From positions 672,001 to 736,000 of the forward strand of contig OZ241857.1 of NCBI GenBank assembly GCA_965203315.1: a stretch of DNA of 64,000 bases, in the 5' to 3' direction. The notes under the pieces were generated by a model. The model did no database searches. It was not told the DNA's origin and worked only from the letters and a program-made list of their open reading frames with translations. This document shows, one piece after another, positions 9,786 through 20,256 of the stretch. Source of the DNA: Nitrosopumilus sp. Its GTDB lineage: Archaea > Thermoproteota > Nitrososphaeria > Nitrososphaerales > Nitrosopumilaceae. The translations under genes were made by a program, and so were the position numbers. Position 1 is the first letter of the stretch; the number at the start of each line of letters is the position of its first letter.

Positions 9786-10019
9786 ATAGAATCTTGTAGT
9801 GATTTTTCTGTAACAGTCATCCCACATAAGCCACAAAGATCCCAACAGATGTATTTACCAAGAAGCAACCTCCAAAACAGTTGTTGCTGAAGAATCACGA
9901 GATAAGTATCATGTCAAATGAGGGGACGAAATACTTTCCGGATCCTACACAGCCCACACGAAACCGTCATGTACATAAAGGATTTATATCATAAATGGTA
10001 GATATTAGAGTGACTGGAA

Positions 10020-10430
10020 TTGACTAGTGTTCAAGTAAAGAGTACAGAAAAATCAGAGATGAATGAGATGTTAGCCAACATCAAACGACTACAGTCCATA
10101 GTAAGCAAGGTTCAAACCACAGCAACAGATTTGGCCCAAAGAGAAAAAACATGCATGGATAAAGTAAATTTAAAAATTATTGAAGTGTTTGATGTTGATT
10201 TTATAAAGCAGGTGTGTTATGAAAATGATGTTGAAGATAACGAAATAAAAATAGTTGTGATTTATGAACATAATGACTTTCAATACGCAGTTGACATAAT
10301 AGTTAATAGATTCGTACAATTTAAAAAATGTTTTAGGGGTATGTATCTAGAATTAATGTTTTTTCACACTACTGAAGTTAAACCAAACCGCCTAGAGGAT
10401 ACAACAACAGTTTTTAAAAGGAATATGTAA
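10020..10430 (+). CDS. Degenerate minimal-nucleotidyltransferase-like protein (module copy 1)
   Basis: Homologous to 15965-16438 and 35114-35599 (DFIKQVCYE, VIYEH, HTTEV-P, TTTVFKR); directly upstream of a HEPN gene. Confidence 0.65.
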   Translation: MTSVQVKSTEKSEMNEMLANIKRLQSIVSKVQTTATDLAQREKTCMDKVNLKIIEVFDVDFIKQVCYENDVEDNEIKIVVIYEHNDFQYAVDIIVNRFVQFKKCFRGMYLELMFFHTTEVKPNRLEDTTTVFKRNM

Positions 10431-10432
10431 TT

Positions 10433-10775
10433 ATGTGGCATTACGAAAAAAGTAATCGCAACATTGACACATATAATTACCTTCATAAAAAAAACTTCTG
10501 ATTATGTGGATTGGGAGGCAACCACTATATTTTATGCAGGATTGCATCTAGTTGATGATTATTTTGAGGATAGTAATATCAAAGTGCGAAAGAATCACAA
10601 GAAACGAAAGATAATGGTAGAGAAATATCTTTCAGATGTAGAGGCAGATTACGAACTTTTATTTACTCCAAGTATTCGTGCAAGATATGAAGACATACAG
10701 ATATCCAACAATGATGTAGATGTTGCACTACTTGCTTTTTCAAGGCTAAAATCAAAAATTCAGGCTCTTAGATAA
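10433..10775 (+). pseudogene. HEPN-domain toxin-like gene frameshifted in an A8 run (module copy 1)
   Basis: ATG 10433 gives MWHYEKS, like MSWYYEKS of copy 2; A7 at 10487-10494 would restore a 113-aa ORF with DWE..IFYA.LH and RARY. Confidence 0.7.
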
Positions 10776-10790
10776 CTAGACATCATGTAC

Positions 10791-11049
10791 CAGTTTACCC
10801 AATTGTCTATCCAACACGCCACCGCAGATTTCGGTGGTGGCTCTGGTTCGATATCTGGGCCGATAAACGATTCGGTGTATTCGTATGTCATTTCTAGAAA
10901 AACAAGTGCAGTAATTTGATTGCAATAATCAAAGAGATCGTCTTCGCATTGTATGTTTCGTGCTAGAATCCATGCGTTGTAAAACAATACACCGAAAATA
11001 AACATCAATTCTCGTACTCATCATAGCTAAAAGTCTTTAATCTCATACT
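10791..11049 (-). mobile_element. ISH3/IS4-like transposase 3' remnant with terminal CAGTTTACCCAATT
   Basis: FIFGVLFYNAWIL tail; near-identical inverted copy at 27079-27339. Confidence 0.55.
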
Positions 11050-11184
11050 AGACGGTATGCGTATTATTAAAAGTGCCCACATCCAATCATCAAACACGAT
11101 AACATGAATCAATTTGCCTCTAGAAATTATACCTGTGTTTTATTGACCTTAAAATGTACGTATGTAAGAAACACACGTACAGTC
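11050..11184. mobile_element. MITE family A copy 4
   Basis: Family A homology with variant TIR AGACGGTATGCG. Confidence 0.8.
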
Positions 11185-11462
11185 GGGTACAGATTTAAAA
11201 ATACTAGATGGATTAATTTATGAAAATGCAATCATTACCAAATATTCGAGTTTATGAGAACGCAGTTTGCGTGGCAAATAGTCATGAAACGGTGTCTTTT
11301 CAACTAGAATCCTGCACGAATCTCGAGTCAGTTATTCGTCAATACATTAATCAAATTAGATGTTTGTGATCGAGTCAGTGATGTATAGTTGAACTATACG
11401 ATATCATTGTAGAACCACAAATGACACAAGGATAAATAGTCCTAAATCGATAGCCTCTATTA

Positions 11463-12632
11463 TTGAGTAACATTGTTCTAAACTCAGAGAATTTGAACCT
11501 AGTCCTAGATGGCAATATGGCATCACAAGAGATGATTCAAGAGATATACCATGACGCGTTGACCAAACCTGAAGAGTTGTTTGCTAGTGCACAATACTTG
11601 AGAACAAAGTTTAAGCAAAACATCGTGACATTCTCAAAAAAGGCGTTCCTGAATGTGATAAACTTGTGTAGAGACACATGTTTGTACTGTACATACAAGG
11701 CTGAGCCGGGCGAAGAAAAAGCAACACTCTTGTCAGAGACGCAGATCAAAGAGATATTGAGCATGGCAAAACGATATCGATGTGTTGAGGCTCTGCTCGT
11801 CACAGGTGAGAGACCAGAACAGCGATATCCACAAGCAAGAGAGTGGCTTGCCAAGAATGGATTCAAGACAACAGCAGAGTATCTGATACATGTATCACAT
11901 TTGGCGCTAGACATGGGACTATTCCCACACACAAATGCAGGCAATCTAGAGTATGATGAGCTATGCGAACTAGGTAAAACAAACGCTTCCATGGGAATAA
12001 TGTTAGAGAACTCGAGTGATAGATTGAGCAGAAAAGACATGGCACATCATCTAGCACCAAGCAAACATCCACGTGCAAGATTAAGAGTCTTAAAGGATGC
12101 AGGCAGACTAGGCATACCAATGACTACAGGAGTCCTTGTAGGCATAGGAGAGACGATACAAGAGATCATCGACTCGATCATCACGATACGCAACCTACAT
12201 CAAGAGTATGGAAACATCCAAGAAGTAATAATACAAAACTTTCAACCAAAGCCAGACACCGCAATGTATAACACAAAGACTCCAGAGACGCAATACTTTA
12301 AGATAATAGTAGCACTATGCAGGATCGCGATGCCAGAGATGAATATTCAGATTCCTCCAAACCTATCGCCATCATCGTATTATGATTTTCTCAAGGTAGG
12401 GATAAATGACTGGGGCGGTATATCACCACTTACACCAGACTTTGTCAATCCCGAGTTTGGGTGGCCAGAGATCTCGAGGATAGACGAGTATGCCACAAGG
12501 GCTGGTTTTCAACTAGAGTGTAGATTTCCTGTATATCCAGAGTTTCACCATATGGTACATAGAGATATCAGAGAAGAGATGAGTCACATAATGGATAGAG
12601 ACGGACTAGTTTGTGAGGACTATTGGCGATGA
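11463..12632 (+). CDS. cofG: FO synthase subunit CofG (radical SAM)
   Basis: CRDTCLYC, LFPHTNAG, ASMGIMLE, IQIPPNL, GINDWGGISP. Confidence 0.95.
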   Translation: MSNIVLNSENLNLVLDGNMASQEMIQEIYHDALTKPEELFASAQYLRTKFKQNIVTFSKKAFLNVINLCRDTCLYCTYKAEPGEEKATLLSETQIKEILSMAKRYRCVEALLVTGERPEQRYPQAREWLAKNGFKTTAEYLIHVSHLALDMGLFPHTNAGNLEYDELCELGKTNASMGIMLENSSDRLSRKDMAHHLAPSKHPRARLRVLKDAGRLGIPMTTGVLVGIGETIQEIIDSIITIRNLHQEYGNIQEVIIQNFQPKPDTAMYNTKTPETQYFKIIVALCRIAMPEMNIQIPPNLSPSSYYDFLKVGINDWGGISPLTPDFVNPEFGWPEISRIDEYATRAGFQLECRFPVYPEFHHMVHRDIREEMSHIMDRDGLVCEDYWR

Positions 12633-13858
12633 GATGTATAGATGCATTACTCTCTGATGCTGACCCAATAGTAGCATCCATCTTGAATGCCGCATTGTCA
12701 GGAAGAGAGATATCTGCCAAAGAGGGAGCAGAGCTGTATAGATCTGAGAACGATCTATATCTGATCGGACTGGTGGCAGATGAGCTCCGAAGACAGAGAG
12801 TGGGCGATACCGTAACCTTTGTGATAAATCGAAACATCAACTTTACAAACGTGTGTATAAAACAATGCAAGTTTTGTGCCTTTAGTCGTGACTTTAGAGA
12901 GGATGAAGGATACATATTACCAAATAAAGAGATCGTTAGGCGCGCAAAAGAGGCACATAAACTAGGTGCGACCGAGGTATGCATCCAAGCAGGTCTCCCA
13001 CCCGATATGGACGGTGACACATATGAACGAATATGTAGAGACATTAAACAAGAGATTCCAGATATCCACATTCATGGATTCTCGCCAGAAGAGATATTGT
13101 ACGGTGCAACTAGATCAAATATTACAACAGCAGAGTTTCTCGCCAGATTGAAAGAGGCTGGAGTCGATACACTACCTGGTACATCAGCAGAGATTCTGAA
13201 TCAACAACTACGTGACAAGATATCACCTGGAAGAATCAGTGTCAAAGAGTGGCAAGAGATAATCACACAGGCACATAAACTCGGCATAAAGACTACTTCG
13301 ACTATGATGTTTGGCCATCTAGAAACAATAGAGGACAGAACCCAACACATTGCAAAGATTAGAGATATTCAAAAAGAGACAAGAGGGTTTACCGAATTTG
13401 TGCCTCTCAACTTTGTTGCATCAGAAGCGCCAATGTACAAACACCAAACATATGCAGGAATTCGAGATGGCGCCACAGGAAGAGATGTCTTGTTGACGCA
13501 TGCGATATCGAGAATAATGCTGAACAATATTCCAAATATACAAGTATCATGGGTAAAGGAGGGCCACAGTATGTCCCAGCTGTTATTGACATGGGGTGCA
13601 AACGACTTTGGTGGAACTCTCATAAATGAGAGTATATCTACATCGGCGGGTGCAAGATATGGTCAACTTGTTAGACCAAGAGAGATAAAACAACTCGTAA
13701 ACGAGATAGGGAGAACTCTGGCACAGCGAGATACATGCTATAACATAATACAAAAATATGACAACGACGAGTATACCGAGTTAGACACGGTAAACCAAGA
13801 TCAGTTTGGATCATATGCAGATCTGATAAAGATCAAAGAATTTCGGTACATAAAGTAA
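12623..13858 (+). CDS. cofH: FO synthase subunit CofH (radical SAM)
   Basis: NRNINFTNVCIKQCKFCAF, PGTSAEIL, EFVPL, NIQVSWVK, GANDFGGTL. Confidence 0.95.
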   Translation: MAMRCIDALLSDADPIVASILNAALSGREISAKEGAELYRSENDLYLIGLVADELRRQRVGDTVTFVINRNINFTNVCIKQCKFCAFSRDFREDEGYILPNKEIVRRAKEAHKLGATEVCIQAGLPPDMDGDTYERICRDIKQEIPDIHIHGFSPEEILYGATRSNITTAEFLARLKEAGVDTLPGTSAEILNQQLRDKISPGRISVKEWQEIITQAHKLGIKTTSTMMFGHLETIEDRTQHIAKIRDIQKETRGFTEFVPLNFVASEAPMYKHQTYAGIRDGATGRDVLLTHAISRIMLNNIPNIQVSWVKEGHSMSQLLLTWGANDFGGTLINESISTSAGARYGQLVRPREIKQLVNEIGRTLAQRDTCYNIIQKYDNDEYTELDTVNQDQFGSYADLIKIKEFRYIK

Positions 13859-13879
13859 CCGCATCGTATAAAAAATCAG

Positions 13880-15377
13880 GATTCTGTAAACTTGGCTGAT
13901 GGTGTCGGTTTTTTCATAAACTTGTCAAATGTTTAATATTGCACATAAAAAACACATCAAATGTATTACAATTACTGCCACAAAACAATATTATTCTGTC
14001 TCTTTAGATACATTGTTTTTAAATAATAATGTGTCATGTTGCTAAAAATTATAAAAGTATGTATCATAATTTTGCAATAATATAACAAAATGTAAAGATC
14101 TACATACTAGTAATTTTCTAGGAATTGTATGGTTAGAAAAACAACTTGCAAAATAAATTCTCATAAAGAAGAATATTAGATAATCAAGATAAACCAAAAT
14201 GAATACACCGTTAAAGACAAACAACAAGGAACACCATATCATGTACATGTTGAAGGAAATATTTTTCGTGTTCTTATGATGACAAGACAGTAATAAACAT
14301 ATGCAAACACAGTATGCTAGTTTACTCTGTAATCAAAAAATTTATCATAAACCACATAATTGAACCACAGTCTGTTAACTGCTGTCCAAAGTGCAAATGT
14401 AAAAAATACATCAAAAACGGCAAGCGTAAAAAGAAATTGGGATCCGCTCAACGCTACCTTTGCAAGTCATGTGGTCATAGATTCACGGATAATTTGGGGT
14501 TCGAGGGCATGAGAATGACGCCAGAGATTATAACGGATGCAATCTAATCGTTCTTTACACACAAAAGTCTTCGGAACATTGCAGAAGGATTTGAACAAAA
14601 AGGCATTTCAATATCACATACTGCTATATGGAAATGGGTTCAAAAATACATTCCAAGAATAGTAAAGTACCTGTCAAAATTTGTGCCAAATTTGAGTGAG
14701 AAATGGCACGGCGATGAAACATACATAAAAGTTCTTGGCAAGGGTCACTATCTATTTACAGTAATGGATCATGATACAAGATTTTGTATTGCACATCAAA
14801 TGAAACAACAAAAATACGGTAATGCGCCAACAAGACTATTTAGAAAAGCTAAACAAGCTGCAAAGACAGTACCAAAAATATTTGTATCTGATTCATCACG
14901 TTCATTTGCTAAAGCATTTAGAAAAGAATTCCTTGAGAAAAATCCTACAAACAAACGTGTCAAACACATAAGAGAAACTCATCTGCGCAATCAACGATCA
15001 AACAACAACATAGAAGAGCGTTTTAATGGATGGCTCCAAGACAATTTTAAAGTATACAGAGGTATGAAAAAATCTGACAGTACAATTATTTCTGGACTGA
15101 TGATAACTCGAAATTTTATTACACGGCATATGGGTTTAGACGGTGAAATACCTTGTACTATGGCAGGAATTGTAATACTTGGAGACAATAGGTGGAAAAC
15201 ATTAATTCAAAATTCAAGTCTAAAAAAGTGAATTTTAAACTCTAGTTGATAAATAACATCTTGTTTGATAAATATCCAGCATATTGTTAATTTTATGGTT
15301 GAATTTAGATGAAAACAATTTGAGAGATTTAGAAAATTTTGTTTGGTAAAACCACCACCCGCCAAGTTTACAGAATC
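13880..15377 (+). mobile_element. IS6-family element with decayed transposase
   Basis: TIR GATTCTGTAAACTTGGC at both ends; no TSD visible. Confidence 0.85.
14314..15231 (+). pseudogene. IS6-family transposase pseudogene
   Basis: Zn ribbon CPKC...CKSC, in-frame TAA at 14545-14547, then WHGDETY, MDHDTRF, NNNIEERFN, WKTLIQN. Confidence 0.85.
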
Positions 15378-15541
15378 GTTGAAAGTACTGTTTATCGACA
15401 AGCAACCGCTAAAAGGAGTAGAAATCGATGATTTGTAAGAAGAATGTTGCATCATGCAGTGGCCGAACAACTTTTTGATCCCACATTTTATGTCGTATCG
15501 GCTAACACTTATATATATTTCATGTCAAATACAATCAGCGG

Positions 15542-15961
15542 TTGTTTATGGAACAGAACTTGTCAAATGTTAAAGAGTTGTTCAAAAGTCCACTTGAAAA
15601 AATGATAACACAAACAGAGCGTGGGAATTTTCTAGGTTGTAGTTATATGGCAACTGATCTAATTAGAGCGTCAATATTGCATAATGATGCAGATATTGTG
15701 ATGATCTTTGAAGTTTTAGAGTCAGTATTTTATCAAACATCTCGTGTGACGCGGTCGTTTAACATCACAGACGAGGTTATGTCTAAATTAAAAAGTGATA
15801 TTATTATAAACCTGCGGCAACTATTGAGTGCATTAGAAAATAATGATCAGGAATCTATCTATGTTAGTCTAAGAGATATTCGTCATGCTGGTACCAAATT
15901 TCAATTCAACGCATTCCACACATTGCCAAAAAACAACTCGAGTAGAATTAGGGGGGACTGA
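15542..15961 (+). CDS. Unknown all-helical protein, gene 1 of HEPN module copy 2
   Basis: Full-length homolog at 34712-35113 (CS..A.DL, FNI.D, IY..LRD, KFQ). Confidence 0.7.
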   Translation: MFMEQNLSNVKELFKSPLEKMITQTERGNFLGCSYMATDLIRASILHNDADIVMIFEVLESVFYQTSRVTRSFNITDEVMSKLKSDIIINLRQLLSALENNDQESIYVSLRDIRHAGTKFQFNAFHTLPKNNSSRIRGD

Positions 15962-15964
15962 TTA

Positions 15965-16438
15965 TTGGTAATTATGTCAAAGCCGTATAGAGAAGATCAA
16001 GAAATCGAAGACGGATTAAGTTCATATGAATTCCGCTATAAACTAGCATCGGATTTAGAAGAACAAAGTACGAAAAGTACTTTGTCTGATGCAGAAATAG
16101 AAAAAATCGTAAAGATTATGAACCTACACGATACAATTACAAAACAACAAGAGTTCAACATGGACATAAAGTCAAAAGCTATTGAAATATTTGAGCCTCT
16201 TGATTTTGTAAAGCAAATTTGTTATGAGAGCGAATATACGAATAGTGATAATGGACTACTACTTGTAATCTATGAGCATGATGATTTTGAACATTCAATT
16301 AGAACAATATGTGATGGATTTTTATCGTTAGAACGTCAATTTCCAAACATGCATATGGATTTATTATTCGCACATACATCTGAAATCGGACCTGGTGGAT
16401 TAAATAATACTATCACTATTTTTAAAAGGAAAGATTAA
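15965..16438 (+). CDS. Degenerate MNT-like protein, gene 2 of module copy 2
   Basis: Three paralogs in the window; no GS/DxD motif. Confidence 0.65.
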   Translation: MVIMSKPYREDQEIEDGLSSYEFRYKLASDLEEQSTKSTLSDAEIEKIVKIMNLHDTITKQQEFNMDIKSKAIEIFEPLDFVKQICYESEYTNSDNGLLLVIYEHDDFEHSIRTICDGFLSLERQFPNMHMDLLFAHTSEIGPGGLNNTITIFKRKD

Positions 16439-16439
16439 C

Positions 16440-16784
16440 ATGTCCTGGTACTATGAAAAAAGTAAATATAATAAAGACACTGCTGATTACTTGTATGACA
16501 AAACACCAAATCACATGGATTGGGAAGTGGTCGTTATATTTTATGCAGCAATACATTTGATTAACTACAAGCTTGAAAAAAAGAACAAACCAGTACCAAA
16601 ACGACATGAAACACGACTTGAGAGTGTTGAGAGATTTTTCCCCGAGATAGCTAGTGAATATCATACTTTGTATAGCTTAAGCAGAGCTGCACGATACTGT
16701 AATATAAAAATATCTAAAAATAGCAGAGACTTTGCAAAAAAGTGCCTCTCGTCGATAGAATCACAATTAGAAAAACGTGGTTGA
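16440..16784 (+). CDS. HEPN-domain toxin-like protein, gene 3 of module copy 2
   Basis: DWEVVVIFYAAIH, PKRH..R, SRAARY. Confidence 0.75.
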   Translation: MSWYYEKSKYNKDTADYLYDKTPNHMDWEVVVIFYAAIHLINYKLEKKNKPVPKRHETRLESVERFFPEIASEYHTLYSLSRAARYCNIKISKNSRDFAKKCLSSIESQLEKRG

Positions 16785-16901
16785 AGAATCAGTTTATTCT
16801 AGTCATACCTATAAACAGTACTTTCAACTGTCTGCTCATTAACAAGCCGCAACAGCAATCTTTGGCGGAGGCCATTTTTCTCAAGAGTTAGATGCGATCT
16901 A

Positions 16902-17070
16902 GGTTCTTTTAACTTAGCAGGTGGTCGATAGTTTTCACGCAACATTCTCTAAAAATTTTACAAGTTATGAAAAATGTCTAGATCGCCCATTGTGGATTAT
17001 TACCATAAGCTGCATACAGTACGTTTCTTGAAATACTTGTATCTTAACCCCCCGATAAATTAAAAGAACC
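16902..17070. mobile_element. MITE family B copy 1 (IS6-type GGTTC ends)
   Basis: GGTTCTTTTAACTTA / TAAATTAAAAGAACC. Confidence 0.8.
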
Positions 17071-17082
17071 AAAAAATCAAAA

Positions 17083-18006
17083 CTATCTAAAGAAGACAAG
17101 AGTCAGATAGATCACATATCCAGCAACGAGACATGTACCTACAACTCGTCCTATAGCACCCGTCTTGAGTGCCATAAACAGTGATGCACTAAACAAGATC
17201 ATTATTGTATAATCCACATAGACATCTGATGATATCAATACACCTCCCAATAATGAACCCACACCCATAATCATCAATATATTGTAGATGTTGCTGCCGA
17301 TTATGTTACCGACGCCGATATCTGTATGTCCTCGACGTATAGCCATTATCGATGTGATGAGTTCAGGTAATGAAGTTCCGATTGCAATTACTGTCAGTCC
17401 GATGAGTTTCTCGCTCAAACCAAACGTTTCAGCAAGTATGACCGCATTATCGACAGTAAATATTGCACCTACATACAAAAAGCCGATACCCAAACCTACA
17501 AGACCTATTGGTTTTCCAAGTCCAGTATGTTCTGCAACATCAGTTATGTCTCGATGTCGCATTGCGCTGCGATACGTATAGTATCCAAATATCGCCAAAC
17601 CTGCAAGCAAGATTGCTCCATCATGTGTAGCGAGTTCACCATCCAGAGATACAACAACTAGCAGTATTGACACAGCAATCATCACAGGAATCTCACGACG
17701 TAACATTGTACGTTCTATTGCAAGAGGTATCAAGATACCAGTCACTCCTATTACCATTCCAATATTGGCTATATTGCTGCCTATCACATTTCCAAGAATT
17801 ATTGCACTGTGTTCACCAGCAGCTGCTATACTAGCTGCTAGTTCTGGCGTAGATGTACCATATGCTACTATGGTCATCCCTATTACCAGATTACTGATTC
17901 GAAACCTTTTAGCGATGGATGCACCACCACCAACTAGCCAATTTCCTCCAAAACACAACATAACGATACCCAGCAATGTAAGCGCAGCGCTGATTACTAC
18001 TTCCAC
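17083..18006 (-). CDS. Ca2+/Na+ antiporter (CaCA family, YrbG-like)
   Basis: Alpha repeats GTSTPEL...GNVIGSN and GTSLPEL...GNIIGSN; about 10 TM segments. Confidence 0.93.
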   Translation of the reverse strand: MEVVISAALTLLGIVMLCFGGNWLVGGGASIAKRFRISNLVIGMTIVAYGTSTPELAASIAAAGEHSAIILGNVIGSNIANIGMVIGVTGILIPLAIERTMLRREIPVMIAVSILLVVVSLDGELATHDGAILLAGLAIFGYYTYRSAMRHRDITDVAEHTGLGKPIGLVGLGIGFLYVGAIFTVDNAVILAETFGLSEKLIGLTVIAIGTSLPELITSIMAIRRGHTDIGVGNIIGSNIYNILMIMGVGSLLGGVLISSDVYVDYTIMILFSASLFMALKTGAIGRVVGTCLVAGYVIYLTLVFFR

Positions 18007-18051
18007 AACATTACCGTTGATCTAGACATTTTAAATTATAGTGATCGATTC

Positions 18052-18214
18052 GGTTCAGTTGAGGGGGGTTGAGATCGTTATGACGTTATCTCAAAGAACG
18101 CACAATATCTGACTCAACAGTAGCAATTTACGATGGTCAGTGAGGCCGTTTCCATATTTTGCAAAGTGTCGAGAATTTTGTGCAGATGCCAACCCCCATC
18201 AATTGAATATAACC
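18052..18214. mobile_element. MITE family C copy 1 (degenerate)
   Basis: Homologous to 46330-46501, 48885-49060 and 50397-50570. Confidence 0.75.
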
Positions 18215-18332
18215 TAGTGATCTTGATCACAAACTAGTAGACCACATATCTTGTATCTTTTGTCTATAAAATGTAGCGACTTGGTCGATTCACAGCTAGT
18301 TACAAGTATAGTGGGTATGCCATAGTGTGTAT

Positions 18333-18463
18333 ACTAGTCGTGAACATAATAGTTCCTAGTGTTGTGTCATAATTTGGCGTCATCTGTTCGGTCAGATGTA
18401 AATTCCGTCTCCGATATCACATGTGCGAGAGTAAACAAGAAGACAGTTCCGTTCGTGATTATA
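18333..18463. mobile_element. MITE family D copy 1 (TATAGTCRYGAAC-type ends)
   Basis: Homologous to copies at 33010, 38725 and 56544. Confidence 0.7.
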
Positions 18464-18472
18464 TTCAAGAGT

Positions 18473-19600
18473 CTAGTTGATGGTTGGTCGCTCTTGTAAT
18501 GTTATCGTTATACTCATCTCTACACCGTCCCGCAAGATGCCTAGTGTCATCTCATCTCCTACAGTCTTGGCCCTTTGTAGATGAATCAATATGTCGTCGA
18601 TCTTTCTGACATCGATACCATCTACAGACAAGATGACGTCGCCTCCTATCATGTATGTAGCATCATCTACTGTTATCGTACTGCTAGAACCAATCAGACC
18701 AGCTCTTGATGCAGGACTGTTATCGACTACGCTGATCACTAAAAATCCTACTGCATCATCGAGGTTTAAGATATTGGCCAAATCTGGATCAATATCTCTG
18801 CCAGATATTCCAATCCATGGATGATTGTACTCGCCATCTTTGATCAGTATTGGAACTATCTTTGCAATAGTCTGTGACGGTACGGCAAAACCAACGCCAG
18901 TGAATTCGCCAGTAGTTGATTGGATGGCAGTGTTGATCCCCACAACCTCGCCCCTCTGATTCAAGAGTGGACCACCAGAGTTTCCAGGATTTATGGCAGC
19001 GTCGGTTTGTATTATATCTGGAATAGAATAGCCAGAACCGGATGGTAGTAACCTTCCCAGCTGACTAACGATTCCCGATGTCATGGAACCTGATAACCCA
19101 AATGGATTTCCTATAGCAGATATCTCTTCTCCAACTTTGAGATTTCCAGAGTCTCCCAATTGAAGCGGATGTAACAACGAGAGATCAGCGTCCACTTTTA
19201 CCACTGCAATGTCGGTATATTGATCTGCGCCGATTATCTCTGCATTGTATGACCGACCATCCAGAAATGTAATCACCGTCTTCTTTGATCCATCTACAAC
19301 ATGATGGTTTGTTATAATGTGCCCACGCTTGTCAAACACAAATCCAGAACCGACTCCAAACGGTACCAGTTCGGTATCGTTACGTTGAATGTTTACTCGT
19401 ACTACACCTGGTTCTGTTCTCTCAAATATCTCGATCAGTGTAAGATCTGAATAACTAGATGTATCAGTATAATCTACATTGCCACTTGCTGTAGATAATG
19501 TTGGAATTGATTCTGGTACAGCTATAAACATTGCAACAAATATTACCAGCACGAGTGTAGCTCCAAAAGCTCCTGACAGAATCATGCTGGGTATAGTCAT
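18473..19600 (-). CDS. HtrA/DegP-type serine protease with PDZ domain
   Basis: GSGF, TNHHV, DIAV, IQTDAAINPGNSGGPL; N-terminal TM. Confidence 0.95.
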   Translation of the reverse strand: MTIPSMILSGAFGATLVLVIFVAMFIAVPESIPTLSTASGNVDYTDTSSYSDLTLIEIFERTEPGVVRVNIQRNDTELVPFGVGSGFVFDKRGHIITNHHVVDGSKKTVITFLDGRSYNAEIIGADQYTDIAVVKVDADLSLLHPLQLGDSGNLKVGEEISAIGNPFGLSGSMTSGIVSQLGRLLPSGSGYSIPDIIQTDAAINPGNSGGPLLNQRGEVVGINTAIQSTTGEFTGVGFAVPSQTIAKIVPILIKDGEYNHPWIGISGRDIDPDLANILNLDDAVGFLVISVVDNSPASRAGLIGSSSTITVDDATYMIGGDVILSVDGIDVRKIDDILIHLQRAKTVGDEMTLGILRDGVEMSITITLQERPTIN

Positions 19601-19794
19601 CGATTTATCATGTATGGTTTGTATCTAAAAAGATTACTGATTATGGTTCTGTAAAGTTGTAGGGACCTGAGATGTTAAACTCTAGATCTCAAGGATCAAC
19701 CAAAATCATACTGAGAAAACATAGTTGTGTCGATCTCTTGTAGAGACTCGCATTCTGAATTATGGTCTTCCACTTGTTAAGTCTATCTATTATA

Positions 19795-20256
19795 GGTTCT
19801 GTATAATCTTCGAGACCTGACATTTTGATATAAAAACCATTAAAGATAGATAGTATTCTAGTTATCATAATAATGCCCACACTAGATTGGATCGGCAAGT
19901 CAGCTGTTAAAGACCATCATAAGACGATCCCCTATCACCTACTAGAAAAAGATGAGAAACTATCCATTGGGAATACCAAAAACATGTTGATACAGGGTGA
20001 TAATTTACTAGCACTCAAGAGTCTCTTACCGTACTATAAGAACAAGATCAAATGCGTGTACATAGATCCACCATACAACACAGGCAATGAATCATGGATA
20101 TACAACGACAAGGTAAACTCACCCACCATCCAAAGATGGATTGACAAGGTGGTTGGCAAACCAGACGAAGATCTATCCATGCATGACAAGTGGCTCTGCA
20201 TGATGTATCCTAGACTATCTCTATTACGAGAGTTGATGTCAGATGATGGTGTGATA
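19795..20256. repeat. 462-bp inverted repeat, left arm (partner 26226-26687)
   Basis: No mismatch found by eye; covers the TIR, the promoter region and the first 128 mod codons. Confidence 0.9.

Larger units (their letters stand above)
15378..16828 (+). mobile_element. Non-autonomous cassette bounded by 18-bp perfect IRs carrying a three-gene HEPN module
   Basis: GTTGAAAGTACTGTTTAT (15378-15395) and ATAAACAGTACTTTCAAC (16811-16828). Confidence 0.6.

Noticed and set aside
11537-13623. Antisense shadow ORFs over cofG/cofH and other long genes
   Set aside because: Fully overlap well-supported genes and have no motifs
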